Assembly (NCBI RefSeq): GCF_000315625.1
Contig: NW_005434655.1
Coordinates: forward strand, 680,807 to 744,806
Direction of reading: 5' to 3'
Length of the DNA: 64,000 bases
Origin: Guillardia theta CCMP2712
Lineage: Eukaryota > Protista > Cryptophyta
Position numbers and translations under genes: made by a program. Shown in pieces: positions 36,521 through 48,161 of the stretch. The notes beneath the pieces were generated by a model, which did not search any database, was not told where the DNA came from, and saw nothing but the letters and a program-made list of their open reading frames with translations. Position 1 is the first letter of the stretch. Every line of letters starts with the position of its first letter.

Positions 36521-37655
36521 GCACAGCCTACTATCGAGTAGTCAGCAAGGAGGTCGAAATTCAAATCCGAACAAGCAAAAGAATCGATGTTTGCTTGCTC
36601 CCATCGATTCTCTCTTCTTTCCTGGTTGAGCCCCCTCCACTTGCTAGTCTGCAGCCTCCTTCACGTGAACTACAACCCCTAGGAATCCAAGCGTTGTGCT
36701 CCCCTATGTCCCTCCATGGTCCTCAGCTTGTTGATTTCGAATGCTAGAAATTTCTCTCTCTATCCCAAATATCGTAATCCTCACTCACCAATACACCTGG
36801 CCTCTACTTCCCTCGGACCGCTCCTCCTCCCCTGGACAATTCCGACCGTGTTGCAAGCAATGTCCCACTGCCAATTTTCTCCTCTCTATCCGGAATAACA
36901 GTTGTTCCTTTCGTGTTTAATTCTACCACTGATGTTTTAATCCACGGCCTCACTCTTCGTTTCTCTCATCCATGTCGAATACTGTTCTTCCTCTCTACTC
37001 TCTCGTATCTTAAATACTAACTTAATGATCATGTCCCTGCCATATCCCCAAAACTTCGAGTCAGCGCACCGAGCATGCTCCTGCTTCTTTTCTCATTCAT
37101 CCCTTCCTCCTCTCCCCCTCCTCTCCCTCTTCTTCTATGTCTCTCTCCTCCCTCCTCTTCCCCATCTCGTCGATTTACCTGCATCGAGCTGCTGCCATCG
37201 CTTCCTGCAGATCCCAACCACTGACCCCTACCCCCCACGCTCCCATAAATGAACCACCTCCCGTGAGCTTCCATCCACACCACCCCTACCCAGCAGATTA
37301 ATATCGGTGCCTTCTGAGGACCGGTGTTACATGACAGTTTTGTACCAGGGGATAAGGTGAAGAGAGGTTAGGGTGTATTGACTGGGTGGGGTGTAGTCGA
37401 AGGACCGGTCCTTGTAACCTTACAGGGTACATCCACAGTCAGCTGGAAACCTACGGGTTACAGGCACTTTTCTTTCCATACCACGTGGGTTGGGGTGGGT
37501 AGTTAATTTTACTTATTTGTTTTTAGATGTTCCTCATGTAAAACTATATAGATGACCTTTCAGTTCGAACAGTTATATCAATTAATTCCTCCCCGGGCCA
37601 GCTGCGGCATTGCGACCACAGGGCCGTTACAACACTCAAGGCTGTGACTCTCATT

Positions 37656-38168
37656 ATTGTCCTCGTACTGATTTTTAACTTAACTTTGAGTAAAGAAGAC
37701 ACGGTTAGTCACGGAGTCCGGTTGGCAGTCGCTACACCGTTCACTCAGTCAGCCCGGGCCGCCGGCCGATGACCGGGCCGTCCTACTCCGATCATGAGGC
37801 CGCCTCAGGCCGTCGCCGGGGCCCGGCCCTCCACTGACTCCCGCCGCCGCCGGCGCATGAGAGTCGTCTGGCAGTCACAGTGACTCTCAGGCTCGGGTCC
37901 TGGGGCGCGGCCCCTTCCGACGCCCGGCCGCTCAAAGGCAGTTAACCTCACTCCCAGTGCGTGAGTGCGCGGCCGCAGTGCAGTGCGGACAGAGGCTCCC
38001 GGACGGTGGAAGCCGGGCGCCGTCCGATCATCGGATTGAGGACCGTACCGTACTCCAACCGGAACAGCCGTGCCACCGTGACTCGAACCGTTTTAACTTA
38101 ACCGAGTCGGCGGCGATGATCCCGCGGCCTTTACTCGAAGTTAAGTTAAAGATCAGTACGAGGACAAT
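37656..38168. mobile_element. MITE-like element: 40-bp terminal inverted repeats around a GC-rich core
   Basis: 37656-37695 attgtcctcgtactgatttttaacttaactttgagtaaag against the reverse complement of 38129-38168 attgtcctcgtactgatctttaacttaacttcgagtaaag (38/40 match); no clear target-site duplication. Confidence 0.65.
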
Positions 38169-38441
38169 CAGAAGAGCAAGACAGCGAGAACTAAAGAACC
38201 ACATGATGTCCGTCACTGTCAAACTCAACTGTTCAGTGTCGGAGTTCATCCTCATCTCCTCCTTCAACTTTATCTCCACTATCGCCATAGCAGTATGTCC
38301 CTGATTGGAACATTCAAGTGGAGGACTACAACAATGTCTCTTCCGAGTTCAAAACTTGAAAGTGGTCACTTCGAGACACTTCGAGTCACTGAATATCTGT
38401 AGTCGTTTTCGTCGGCTCATGGAGAATAAGAGAGGAACGAA

Positions 38442-39034
38442 TCAACAGTGATGTAAATGAAAGATGCTCCCCTTCTGGTACTCTTGTGATACATCAAGCT
38501 CCTGTGGGGGTGGGACAGTGTTCCCTGGTTTCTTGAGCTCCACTGGCCCAGCGATTGGCTGAGCTCGGTAATCGGGGGAGATAATGGCATGGCTCCGGCA
38601 CATCCTCGCAGTTGCTCCGTTCTTCACATGAAGCAGAGACATCGGACATCTCACTCAGTCCTTGTAGTTTGCCTCGAGGAGAACAACCAGCTCCTGACCC
38701 TCTGGCAGAAGGTTTGCCGCTTCCCTCCGTTCTGCCTTTCCAGGAGTTCAGCGAGTCGCTCCTGTTCGCTCTTTGGGCAGAGACAACAGGCGCCGTTGAT
38801 GCCGAGGATGATGAAGACGATCACAGCCAGGACCGCCTTGAAGGACAGCAACGCCGTATACATCGCATTCATCACCACCCTCTGTTCTTCAGCACTCAGA
38901 GCTCGTTTCTGCTGGCTGCCATGGTCGGCCTGCCCTGCTCTCGTGTCCTGCTGGGCGTCTCCTGCAGCAGCTGAGCAAGAGGCCAGGCAAGCAAGGAGCA
39001 ACAAGCCTCCTCGCCTCCTCATCAGCCCCGCCAA
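38442..39034 (-). CDS. Small signal-peptide plus single-TM membrane protein (hypothetical)
   Basis: GLLLLACLASCSAAA signal and ALLSFKAVLAVIVFIILGINGACCLC TM segment; 3' exon approximate. Confidence 0.55.
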
Positions 39035-39098
39035 CTCTCCTTCCGGCTGCCTGCTGCATTTTTAGTCAACTCTCTTGAGGCTCCAGACCGGCCGCATT

Positions 39099-41218
39099 AT
39101 GCACGTCACGATCCGAGCCGCCCTCGCGCTGCTGCTCGCGCTGTCAGGACGATGCTGGGCCGAGGGATCGACGAGGATGGGATGCGAGACGATGACGCGC
39201 ATGGCAGCGGGAGCGCAGGGAACTTTGATGACGGGGATGGCACTGCAGCATGAGGGAGAGAGGGGGAGCCTGGGGGATACGAGTTTCAGAGTGTCGGGAT
39301 GGAAGGAAGACGCAGGCAGCATGGCTTTGCGATCAGGTATGGGGGAGACGAAGCGCTTGCTCTGTCTTGAGTGTGCGCAGCGCATGCAAGGGCGTCTCTT
39401 CGGCTGAGGGGTGGGGCCGGTGAAGATGAGGACGAGGTATGTTTGCAAGGTTCGAATGCGCGGAAGGATTCAGACCTGCCGGTTTGCAGGTCCAGCGCCT
39501 GATAGAGAATGGATGCTCGTTATGGGATGATGAGAAAGATGCAAGTGGGGCAGAGCGATGCTTCCTCAAGGCCATTGAGCTGAGCCCCAAGAACGAAGAG
39601 GCGCTTTCCTCCTACGGCGTTCTTCTGCACGAGTCCTCGAACAACTTCCAAGAAGCCACGAAGGTTTGCGGATCTCTGCCAGTGCTGCTGTCTCTCGTTG
39701 CTGAGGTTGTGTTGGAATCCTTGCAGTACTTTGAGATGGCATTAAGCTCAAACCCATCCCACATCGATTCTCTTCACTTCTACGGTGAGAGGCAGGTGAA
39801 ATGAATTGTACCACCTCTTGAGCGTTCCTGCAGGGAACATGATGCATGCTATGCACGAGGACCTCAAGGCAAAGATGCTGTGAGCAATTGCACAAAGATC
39901 TGTGTTGCCTTGTAATGGATGTCTGCGATGCGCTGCAGTTACGAGAGGGCGATCCAGGAAGCAGAACGGTGACCCGATGGCTCCTTGTGCATTCGGGTGA
40001 AACTTTATCAAAGCATGATTGCAAATGGAGAAGAACCTCACATTCTCTATGTTGAGACCCTGTGCAACTATGGTGCACTGCTCGGTAAGGAGTGAACATG
40101 CGAACATGTGCTGGGAGTTTGTGGATGACACCACCTTCCAATCTCACAGAGAAGGCGCTGGGAGAAGTTGATGCTGCTGAGGTTTGATCCTTCGCCATCG
40201 AATTTCTGGTCTTTACCTATGTCAAACGCAAAGATGGCGTACAAGAAAGCTCTAGAAGTCAACCCGGAGGATACGTCAGGTGTGTTTTTTCTGCAAGAAC
40301 GAACAGGGGCTTTCAAGACATTGACAAGACAACGTGCGGTGCAGTCCTGTTCAATTACGGAGTGCTTTTAGAAGATCGTAAGGATGACGTCGACGGAGCT
40401 CAGGTTGGACAGCATCATGAAGTCTTCCGCTTCATGATAACGATGCGCAGACTATGTACTTGAGAGCATTAGAAATCGATCCTGAAGATCTCAACGTGCT
40501 GATGAACATGGCGTTGTTGCTGCAGGTTACATGTCTTTGCAGATGATGGCCAAAGCTTCAATCTGAACTTGAGATGTTGGATAAAACAGAATCATCGGCA
40601 TGATTATCACGCAGCGGAAAAGTACTTCACAAAGGCGATGGAGGTGGACTACTCTTTTCGAGTTGTACTTGATTGATGTTTGTTCGAACAGGTGAACCCG
40701 GACAGAGTTGATCTTCTTTCCAACTTTGCTGTTTTCCTTGAGGACATTCGGCACGACACAAATCGTGCGACGGTACTGGCTGCATTCTTACCTCCGTCTT
40801 TCCCTTGCCTTCTGGCAGTTTCCTCAGTTTCGCCTCGGGATGAGTTCTCCCCTGACCGACTCTGTCTATCCACTTCTTCACCCCCTTTGCAAACCCTTGA
40901 ATCTTTCCTTCGCCCATAACAGCCTGCAGGAACTTTACTTGAAAGCTCTGACAATCTGCCCTGAGGACGTCGTGACCCTTGCTCACTACGGGTGATTGTT
41001 CATGCCTTCGATCAAGCTGTTCACCTGATGACGATCACAGCGGCTTCCTGCTGAGAAACGGGAAAGCAGAAGAGGCCGAGCAGAGGTTCAAGCAGGAAAG
41101 AGCATGCTTGCCACAAAACGTCATGTCTGATTCCGTGATGACCAGGCCATGGAGATCGACCCTGAGGTTGCGAAACCTATCATCGAGCTACGACGATCCC
41201 TTGTGGGAGAATCGTTGA
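39099..41218 (+). CDS. Multi-exon tetratricopeptide-repeat protein with signal peptide and LRLRGG motif
   Basis: Repeated TPR units: AERCFLKAIELSPKNEEALSSYGVLL, YKKALEVNPED, YLRALEIDPEDLNVLMNMALLL, VNPDRVDLLSNFAVFLED, YLKALTICPEDVVTLAHY. Confidence 0.85.
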
Positions 41219-41439
41219 TGCAGCAGATGTGAAACGTGTGCGTGTGTGGATGTATCATGTTGCCATCCTGCTCCAAACATGATTGCAAGCATTGGTGATG
41301 AATTGAATGCACAATGGACCTTCATGTGTCAAATGCAAAAAAATGATAAAAGAAAATTATGCAAGAAGGAGAGGAGAGAGAGGAAATGAATCTGATAGCA
41401 GTCTAGTTTCTTCACATGTGAGGCATCTTTACAGGAGGC

Positions 41440-42573
41440 AAGTATCCTGACAAAGTGTTACTCATCCAAAAAGCAACACAGCACCAGTCTTGAACACACC
41501 AGCCTTGTTGCCGTATCCAGTAACTTTCTCGAAGTCAGCAGCAATCTGGCTTTGCAGGGCTTTCATCTTGCGAGCAATTGCACGTCTCTTCTTCAACTCC
41601 GCCTATATCACATTCAAACATCCAACAACCAACCGTCTGCTCTTTACCTCATTCGTTCTCGCGCTGCTTGTCGTCTTCATGCTCTTCTCTGCTTCCTCCG
41701 CCTCTCTGAGCGCCTTGCTCACGTGGGAGATACCATGCCTGACGCTGCTCGGTGCAGAGTCGTTGACCTTGCTGTCTGACAGTTGAAGTTTGGCTGTCAA
41801 CAGGGTTAAGACTGGAACGCGGGTGCTGCAATCTTTACCACTCTTATCCTTCTCGTTTCCTGAACGCGCCGCGTGCGTGACCTTGTCGATGTGGGCGAGG
41901 AGACCGTCGATGGTCTTCATGCTGGAGTCTTCGAGCTCCACGTTCTGTCATAAACTCTCGTCACTCCCCTTGATTTTTCCCTGTGAGTTCAGCAAACCTG
42001 CGGCTTCTGCGTGATGGTTCCAGCAACGGCCAGGAGGACGATGACGGCAACGGCTGCCATCACGATCTTAAGCGCCACCATAGCCCTGTTGCTCCTGCCA
42101 GATTGATTGTTCTGCGCGAAAATCAGAAGAGCGCTTCCAGGGCAAAGACAGCGTTTACCTTGATAGCTCCGTAGCCTTCCACAGGCTCAAAGGGCTGCAC
42201 GGTACTCTGAAAGAACTTGATGTCATTGCAAAGCAAATTCCGGCAAATGAAACAGATAAAACACGTATCATGACTTGTTCAATGGATGAACGCAGTATGG
42301 TGTTTGAATCTTTCAAGGTCTATCCTATTCAACATAGCGAACAATGCGCATCTTCAAGAGAAATCCCTTGTTTCACCAGCAGCAGGGTTTCATCTCCCCT
42401 TCAACACAATCCCTATGTTTTCATGGAACTCCCCCTGCCTTGCCATAAAATTTCCTCCTAACAATTCCCAATGCGTCGTGTGAACAAAATCCCCTCACTA
42501 GAAGCAATCTGCTTCCCCTATTCTCAGAGACGGCATCTCGTCCTCTCAGAGCTTGTTCCACAACAAACCATGA
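41440..42573 (-). CDS. Hypothetical multi-exon protein with a TM segment and coiled coil
   Basis: Minus-strand ORF pieces (41603-41941 and a hydrophobic stretch near 42030-42080); boundaries approximate. Confidence 0.35.
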
Positions 42574-43027
42574 TCCTCTGACTTCTCATAATTCCTCCTC
42601 CTCCTCTTCTCCCTCCTGCGCTTTACCTGCATAGGCGCCGCTGGATATGTCATGGCGCGCTATTTCGGGCAATGTGAAAAATCTACAGGGTGCCCTGGTT
42701 TCTTACTAGGGGTAGGGTACTCCTATCACCGGTATGTATGCCTGTTTTGGTTTGAGAAAGGTATGGTAGGGTCTGACTTAGGGTACCATTCCGGTTGGGT
42801 CCCAGGGTCTGGGCTATGGGGCTATGTGACATCCGGGCTATGGGGCTATGGGACATTGGGACACCAACCACAGGTGGGCTATGAGGTTTGGAGCGAATAG
42901 CGGTGCGAGAGGGAGGGAGGCAGGGGGAGAGGACAGAGGACAGAGGACAGAGGACAGAGGACAGAGGACAGAGGACAGGAAAGTGTGGAGATATGATGAT
43001 TCAGACTTCTAGATCGAACTGGCGTGC

Positions 43028-44023
43028 TTGCTGACATTGGAACGTGGAACGTCTCTTCCTTGCGTACTACATTCATCTGATCCCCGGATGTCGCGAGGCA
43101 TTCTCCTTGCCCTGAGTCTACTAGGGTACTCTCTGGCTCATGAAGATGCACAAGACTGGGGAGGATGCGTTTGTGGCGATACGATAAGGAGAATGCAGGA
43201 AGCATGGAGAAACGGTTTGAAAGTGACTCAATTTAGAAACTCCAGCAGGGAGTATGCAACCTACATCAAAGCTGGGGTGTATGGACAAGGATACGTCTTC
43301 ATGTTTGAAGATCAATCGACAGAGATGCTCATTGACAGGAGTATGATCCAGAACAAGGGGCTTCCTATCTTCGACCCGGCCTCGAGAAGACTGTCCGACG
43401 ATGCCAGTGATTATGGCATGCTCATACAAAGAGCCGCTGAGATCCACGTGGTGGACAGCTGCTTCTCCATGCTTGCCGAAGTGCTGGGGAGTGTCGGCGC
43501 GAAAGCTGCGGTCATTCACAGGTTTGCCAGCAGGATAGTGAGGTCGGGTCGTGCTACCTGCCGACAGCATGAAATGTTCCAACTCACATCCGAGATGTTC
43601 TCTATCCAGGCCGTCCCTCTCGGAGCCGGGAACATTGATGTAGAGATCATCTACCCTTCAGAGAACATGGTGATCGAGAGCCGTGACCTGCAATCGGCCA
43701 CGACGCTTGAGAGGGCCGTGCAGCTCAGCATGCAGAACTTCCAGGTTGGAGCCGGAGATATCCGGTTGCTGCTGAAGTACACTCGTTACAACCACACCGA
43801 GGACGCTTTCTACACAATCTCTCTGCTCGACAGTGTCCTCGTCCCCGTCATCGGAGCCAAGTGTCCACACCTTCAGGGAAGGCAGATGGAGATGGAGAAT
43901 GGACGCTGTCTAATACATAGCACCGCAGTCTTGAAGGATCCAGGGAACTTCTCTACTGAGATTCAGATCTTTAGCAAGGGCAAAAGATTACATGCGCATG
44001 AGGTGCAGTTTCAGGTAGTTTGA
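43028..44023 (+). CDS. Intronless hypothetical protein with a glycosyltransferase-like (GT-B C-terminal type) segment; probable start at Met 43088 with signal peptide
   Basis: 331-codon uninterrupted ORF. YVFMFEDQS...GLPIFDP...DYGMLIQRAAEIHVVDSCFSMLAE recalls a motif I remember from phage/giant-virus GT-like hypothetical proteins. Confidence 0.55.
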   Translation: MLTLERGTSLPCVLHSSDPRMSRGILLALSLLGYSLAHEDAQDWGGCVCGDTIRRMQEAWRNGLKVTQFRNSSREYATYIKAGVYGQGYVFMFEDQSTEMLIDRSMIQNKGLPIFDPASRRLSDDASDYGMLIQRAAEIHVVDSCFSMLAEVLGSVGAKAAVIHRFASRIVRSGRATCRQHEMFQLTSEMFSIQAVPLGAGNIDVEIIYPSENMVIESRDLQSATTLERAVQLSMQNFQVGAGDIRLLLKYTRYNHTEDAFYTISLLDSVLVPVIGAKCPHLQGRQMEMENGRCLIHSTAVLKDPGNFSTEIQIFSKGKRLHAHEVQFQVV

Positions 44024-44029
44024 CACATC

Positions 44030-44690
44030 ACTGAGCGGTCGCCACTCGGCCCGGGCCGGGCCGGGCAGTGACCGACATCAACTGAGTTTTCAAAGTTCAA
44101 ACTTCGGCCATTCAATCACTATTTTTCTCTTGAATGAAGTTTTTCGGATGTTGTCAATGCAGGCTAAGTTCCGAGGCTCGGTCAGCAGCCTCAGTCAGCG
44201 CGGCCCAAGTCCGGTGACCCCTGGGCCGCGCCCGGCGGCGGCGGTCCGATCACCCCGACTCCGCCGAGCCTCGGCGGAGCCGCCGCGAGCCCGCCGGGCG
44301 CCGCGCCGCGAGGGCGGGGGCGGTGGCGCGGCGCTGGCACCCTGGCAGCCGCCGATGGCTGAGTCAAACCGTACGGTCCGAGCGGCTCACCCCGGCGTTT
44401 TCTCAAAGTTAAGCCTGCCAGTGCCGCTCAGTGCCCTGGCACTGCAGTCGGAGCCCGGCCGCACTGACTCGGCGCCTCGGCGTGGTCGCGGCGCCCGGGC
44501 CCCTCGTGACTCGTGCCTGTGCCCTCACCGAGTCCCCCGATGATCCGATCAGGGTCAGCCCCGGGGGCTGACCGCACCCGGCCCCCGTGGTGACTCAGTG
44601 ACCGTACGAAGGCCGGGCCGCCCGGGCCCGCCGGGCGCCCGCCCGGGCTCCGCCGGGCCCACTGGGACTCAGAGTCTGATCGCACTGAGA
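44030..44690. repeat. GC-rich palindrome-dense intergenic island of the same family as 7.7, 27.2 and 37.7 kb
   Basis: Dense CCGG/GGCC/CCCGGG/GAGTC/CAGTG words; partial end motif ctcaaagttaag at ~44402. Confidence 0.6.
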
Positions 44691-44904
44691 TGTCTCTTTC
44701 CCAGGGCATAACTCTCATCGTGGCATCTCCTTGCACCTCCATCGAACACAAGACAAACAAGCACAAGGACGATACATGGAGGAGAAGAGAGAGAGAAGAG
44801 AAACATGGAACAGTGATAGATAGATCACAGAGACAGAACAGCAACAGAAAGCATGGCGATCTCATTTCAAACTCCATGATGGTCGGGCGCCTTGGAGACT
44901 CAGC

Positions 44905-46518
44905 ATGCTGAGATCGCGCGAAGGTGTCGAGATGAAGAGAGAAGGGAAGGGGAGGGAAGGAGGGGAGGGAGGAGACAACGAAGGAGTAGGAGCAGATCGT
45001 TATGGGTCGACAGGCTGGTACCTCAGAACAAGATCCCTCCATGCAGTAGCTTCACTGGGCTTTACGTGGGTGGCAATTATGATGGAATTCAGACAACGAG
45101 CAATGCAGGATGAAAAGGTTGCGAAGGACATGACTCCAACAAGAACTTTCCTTGCTACCCTTGTTGTCTCTCTTTCGTTCCTTGGCATTCCTCACGGAGC
45201 GACTGACCACCTCGTCGGGGACAAGATATTCAAAGACGCCTTCCCGAAGACCTGGCTGCTCGTGTTTGTTGTGGTTTATCTTGTGATGATGGGGATGGTC
45301 ATAGCAAGCTGGATGATGGCGCCGATCTTCAGCCTTGCTGTCTTTCTCGTGCTGTCTGTCGTACATTGGGGGTTGGGGGATACAGAATGTGACATCGTTC
45401 CTTCGGTGTTGCAGCCTGTGGAGGTGACCCGTAGCATTCAGCGTCGAACGAGCTTATTTTCTGAATAGTTTGTTGAAAGGTTGTGGTAAGGGGGTCGATC
45501 CCGATCTTGCTCCCGAGTGTGTTGCATCAAGATGCTGTCTCGCAGATTTTCTCCTTCCTGGTTTGTTGAAACCAACCTTGCTTAGTTGTTTGACTTGTTC
45601 TATGTAGGTGGGGATGCACGGGGATACACGTAGTGTTAAAGTGATCGTGAACGGAATGGCTTCGAGCATGCCTCTCTTCCTGTGAGACATTGCTTGCAAG
45701 GTCTCTGGTCATCAATCCTGATTGCTGTGCAGGTTTGGCTGGATCGCTTGCTTTGCCTATCATGCCTTTCAGGCTGTGAGGCATATGAATGCTGCGGGAT
45801 GTCAGGACTTGAGGATTGGAAGCAAGGAAATAAGGTCATGCTTCAATCTGAATGCATGTCCCTTGTGAACAAATGGTCAGACATTTTATTTCGGCGGTGG
45901 AGCTAGTTTCACTGACAGCCATGTGCTCGGTAAGCTTTGCAACCTTCTGCTACGCGCGATGAACGGGACAGCAGCTTTGCGCGCCCTTGGTGTCCTTCAT
46001 GATCTACTTCTGTGTGTGGCATTCGTGTCGGCACATTCTGTGTGTAGCAGCATCAACGTTCGACAGCAGCAGGTTGGCATCGAAAGTAGACACTGGTTCT
46101 GACTTTCATGGTGAAGGTGCCTGCGCGCTCTAATGAAGTTCAGTCAGCATGCTCTGCCATTTACCATAGCAACGCTTCTCATGGCAGGGTGAGACATATA
46201 ATGTGCTACCCCTCCATCTCCTCACGTCTTGATGAAGCGTGTGGTACTTGAGACTGGAGCAGACCGAGTGGGACAAGGGTGAACAGGATGGCAATGGGGT
46301 GGAGCTGAGCAGCACGTTGAGAAAGTTCGATGCTCTTTCCCAGGTTGTGCAATGTTCAACTTGTTTGAAGCTTCGGGTCTCAATGAGCATGACAGGTGAT
46401 TTTCGTCGGCCTCAGCGCTGTCACTGTGCCGCACATGATTGTTACAGAGCTATCCATGGTGAGATTATGCCCCCTTGGCAAGTTGTACAACATCTTGAAG
46501 AGGCTGATGATGAATTAG
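44905..46518 (+). CDS. blh: Brp/Blh-family beta-carotene 15,15'-dioxygenase (retinal-forming), multi-exon
   Basis: Spliced motifs LGIPHGATDHL, FLVLSVVHWGLGD, PLVSFMIYFCVWHSCRHI (45973-46040) and VIFVGLSAVTVPHMIV (46396-46443) are the conserved His motifs of Blh in a polytopic membrane protein. Confidence 0.9.
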
Positions 46519-47385
46519 CACCCACAAGCTTGTCTTGACATGATTTAACCACTGAATGATTCATTCGTTAAAGTAAGACACTGACATTTCTACCAAGGTA
46601 CGCCAACGGGCGCTAGAAGGGAATGCAGAGAAGGTGATGGAATAATAAACAAGCTCCACTCTCACAAAGCTTTGCTCGCTGGGGGGAAACAAACACGCCA
46701 TGTTACATCAACTCATCCATCTTCCATATTCCCCGGCATCCCACCTGAGACTCAATCAGGAATGAGAGGACGTACAACTTCTCCGTCAAGGACCTGCTCT
46801 AGTGCGCAGTTGGCTGGGTTGGACGTGCACGATTTCTGATAATCGATGTAGCGACTAGAGGCGAGAGTCACACAACATGATGTGCATAATCTTCTGTTTG
46901 TATCATCACCTGCTTATCAGGGTGGAATCACAATCTTCCACCGCCTTCAGAGGGTAGGGAAACACGCCGCGACTGTTCGGAGACTGATATCAGTTGAAGG
47001 CCACACTCGCGCACAACGAACCTGCACGACTTGATACACATCTGTCGAAAGGTATAGAATGGAACCTGACTTAACTCCACTTGTCTTGCATTGAAACCTG
47101 AAAGCCTCGTCGTCAAAAACATCGGTTAGACCTTTCCGCTTCGCTCTCAGAATTCAAAGGTGTCCCATCATTCACAGGCGGACCATTCGAGGCTTCACAG
47201 AGCGCAAGGTCCTTCCTTCCCCATGACAGTCTTCGTACCTCTCTGCGATGTTGCGATGAACATGAGGCAGAGCGCCGCGATCGCCGCCAGCCCTCCGCCA
47301 TGTTGCCACCACCGGCTCACCATGTCCACTTTCTTTCGCAGCAACCTGGACCACATCCCCTTCCAGACCAACCATTGGTTGGAGT

Positions 47386-47489
47386 GGCAGTGGAGTGGCG
47401 GTTTTCGCTGCCTCCTCCGTTTCCTAGAATTATGTTGAGGCGGGCTTGTAGGTTTATCATACTACTTTGTCTTTTTCAGTCAATAAAAC
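47386..47489 (+). repeat. Short dispersed copy of the 3' end of the 15.4-16.6 kb element
   Basis: gcagtggagtggcggttttcgctgcctcctccgtttcctag...ttgaggcgggcttgtaggtttatc...tttttcagtcaataaa aligns by eye with 16443-16568. Confidence 0.8.
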
Positions 47490-48161
47490 TTTGTCTGGGG
47501 TTCATCACTGAGTTTTCCCGGCATGCGGAAGTAGTGCCGACCAAATCACCCGTCAACTGTTTGAAAGTGAGAGACTTGGTACTCGCAGGCAAACAAGACG
47601 AGTTTTTCAAAAGCAGGGAATGAGGACAACTTCAGGGACAAGCTCGGCAAGAGTCTGTCGATCCTTGCAGGCTCCAAGAAAACCTCGCCCTTGAGTCTGC
47701 GAGGGAACAGTCCTGGTGCGTCGTGTCGAACGGCAGAAACTGACTTGAAAGTGATTCATCTCTCCGCTGCCTCCTGTCGCCTCCTCACTCTCCTCCACCC
47801 CAGAGCGGTATGATTGAAGCTGAGAACTGGACCCAAGGAAAGTGTAAGGTGCAAGCCATCTCATCAGTGAAGCTGATATGATCGGCCCTGACAGCAGAGG
47901 AGGCACGGAGGGCGTCGGGCACTCCGAACGCTGAGATGGAATCTGGATAGTGGCAACATCTTGATCGCTGCTCGCAAGTGAAGTCGGAGCAGGTTCTGTG
48001 CGAGGGCATCGAACAGAAGGAGAGCATGCGAAAAGGTGGGACAAGAGGTCAGCATGTAGCACAGGCAAGAGTGATTTTCATTCAGATTTTCACTCTTCAT
48101 GACCTGAACATCAAGACTTCCTCGCCCTCACAATGTGATCAGCCTTGCCACAATTAGCATT

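Noticed and set aside
44130-44543. Arg/Pro/Ala-rich ORFs in GC islands (also 27185-27382 and 37957-38304)
   Set aside because: Low-complexity translations of the GC-rich repeat islands.
46600-48100. Third arsenic-cluster gene (PGK, ArsC, phosphatase) or an opsin next to blh
   Set aside because: I found no PGK, CX5R or retinal-binding Lys helix motifs in the short ORFs here, which remain unassigned.
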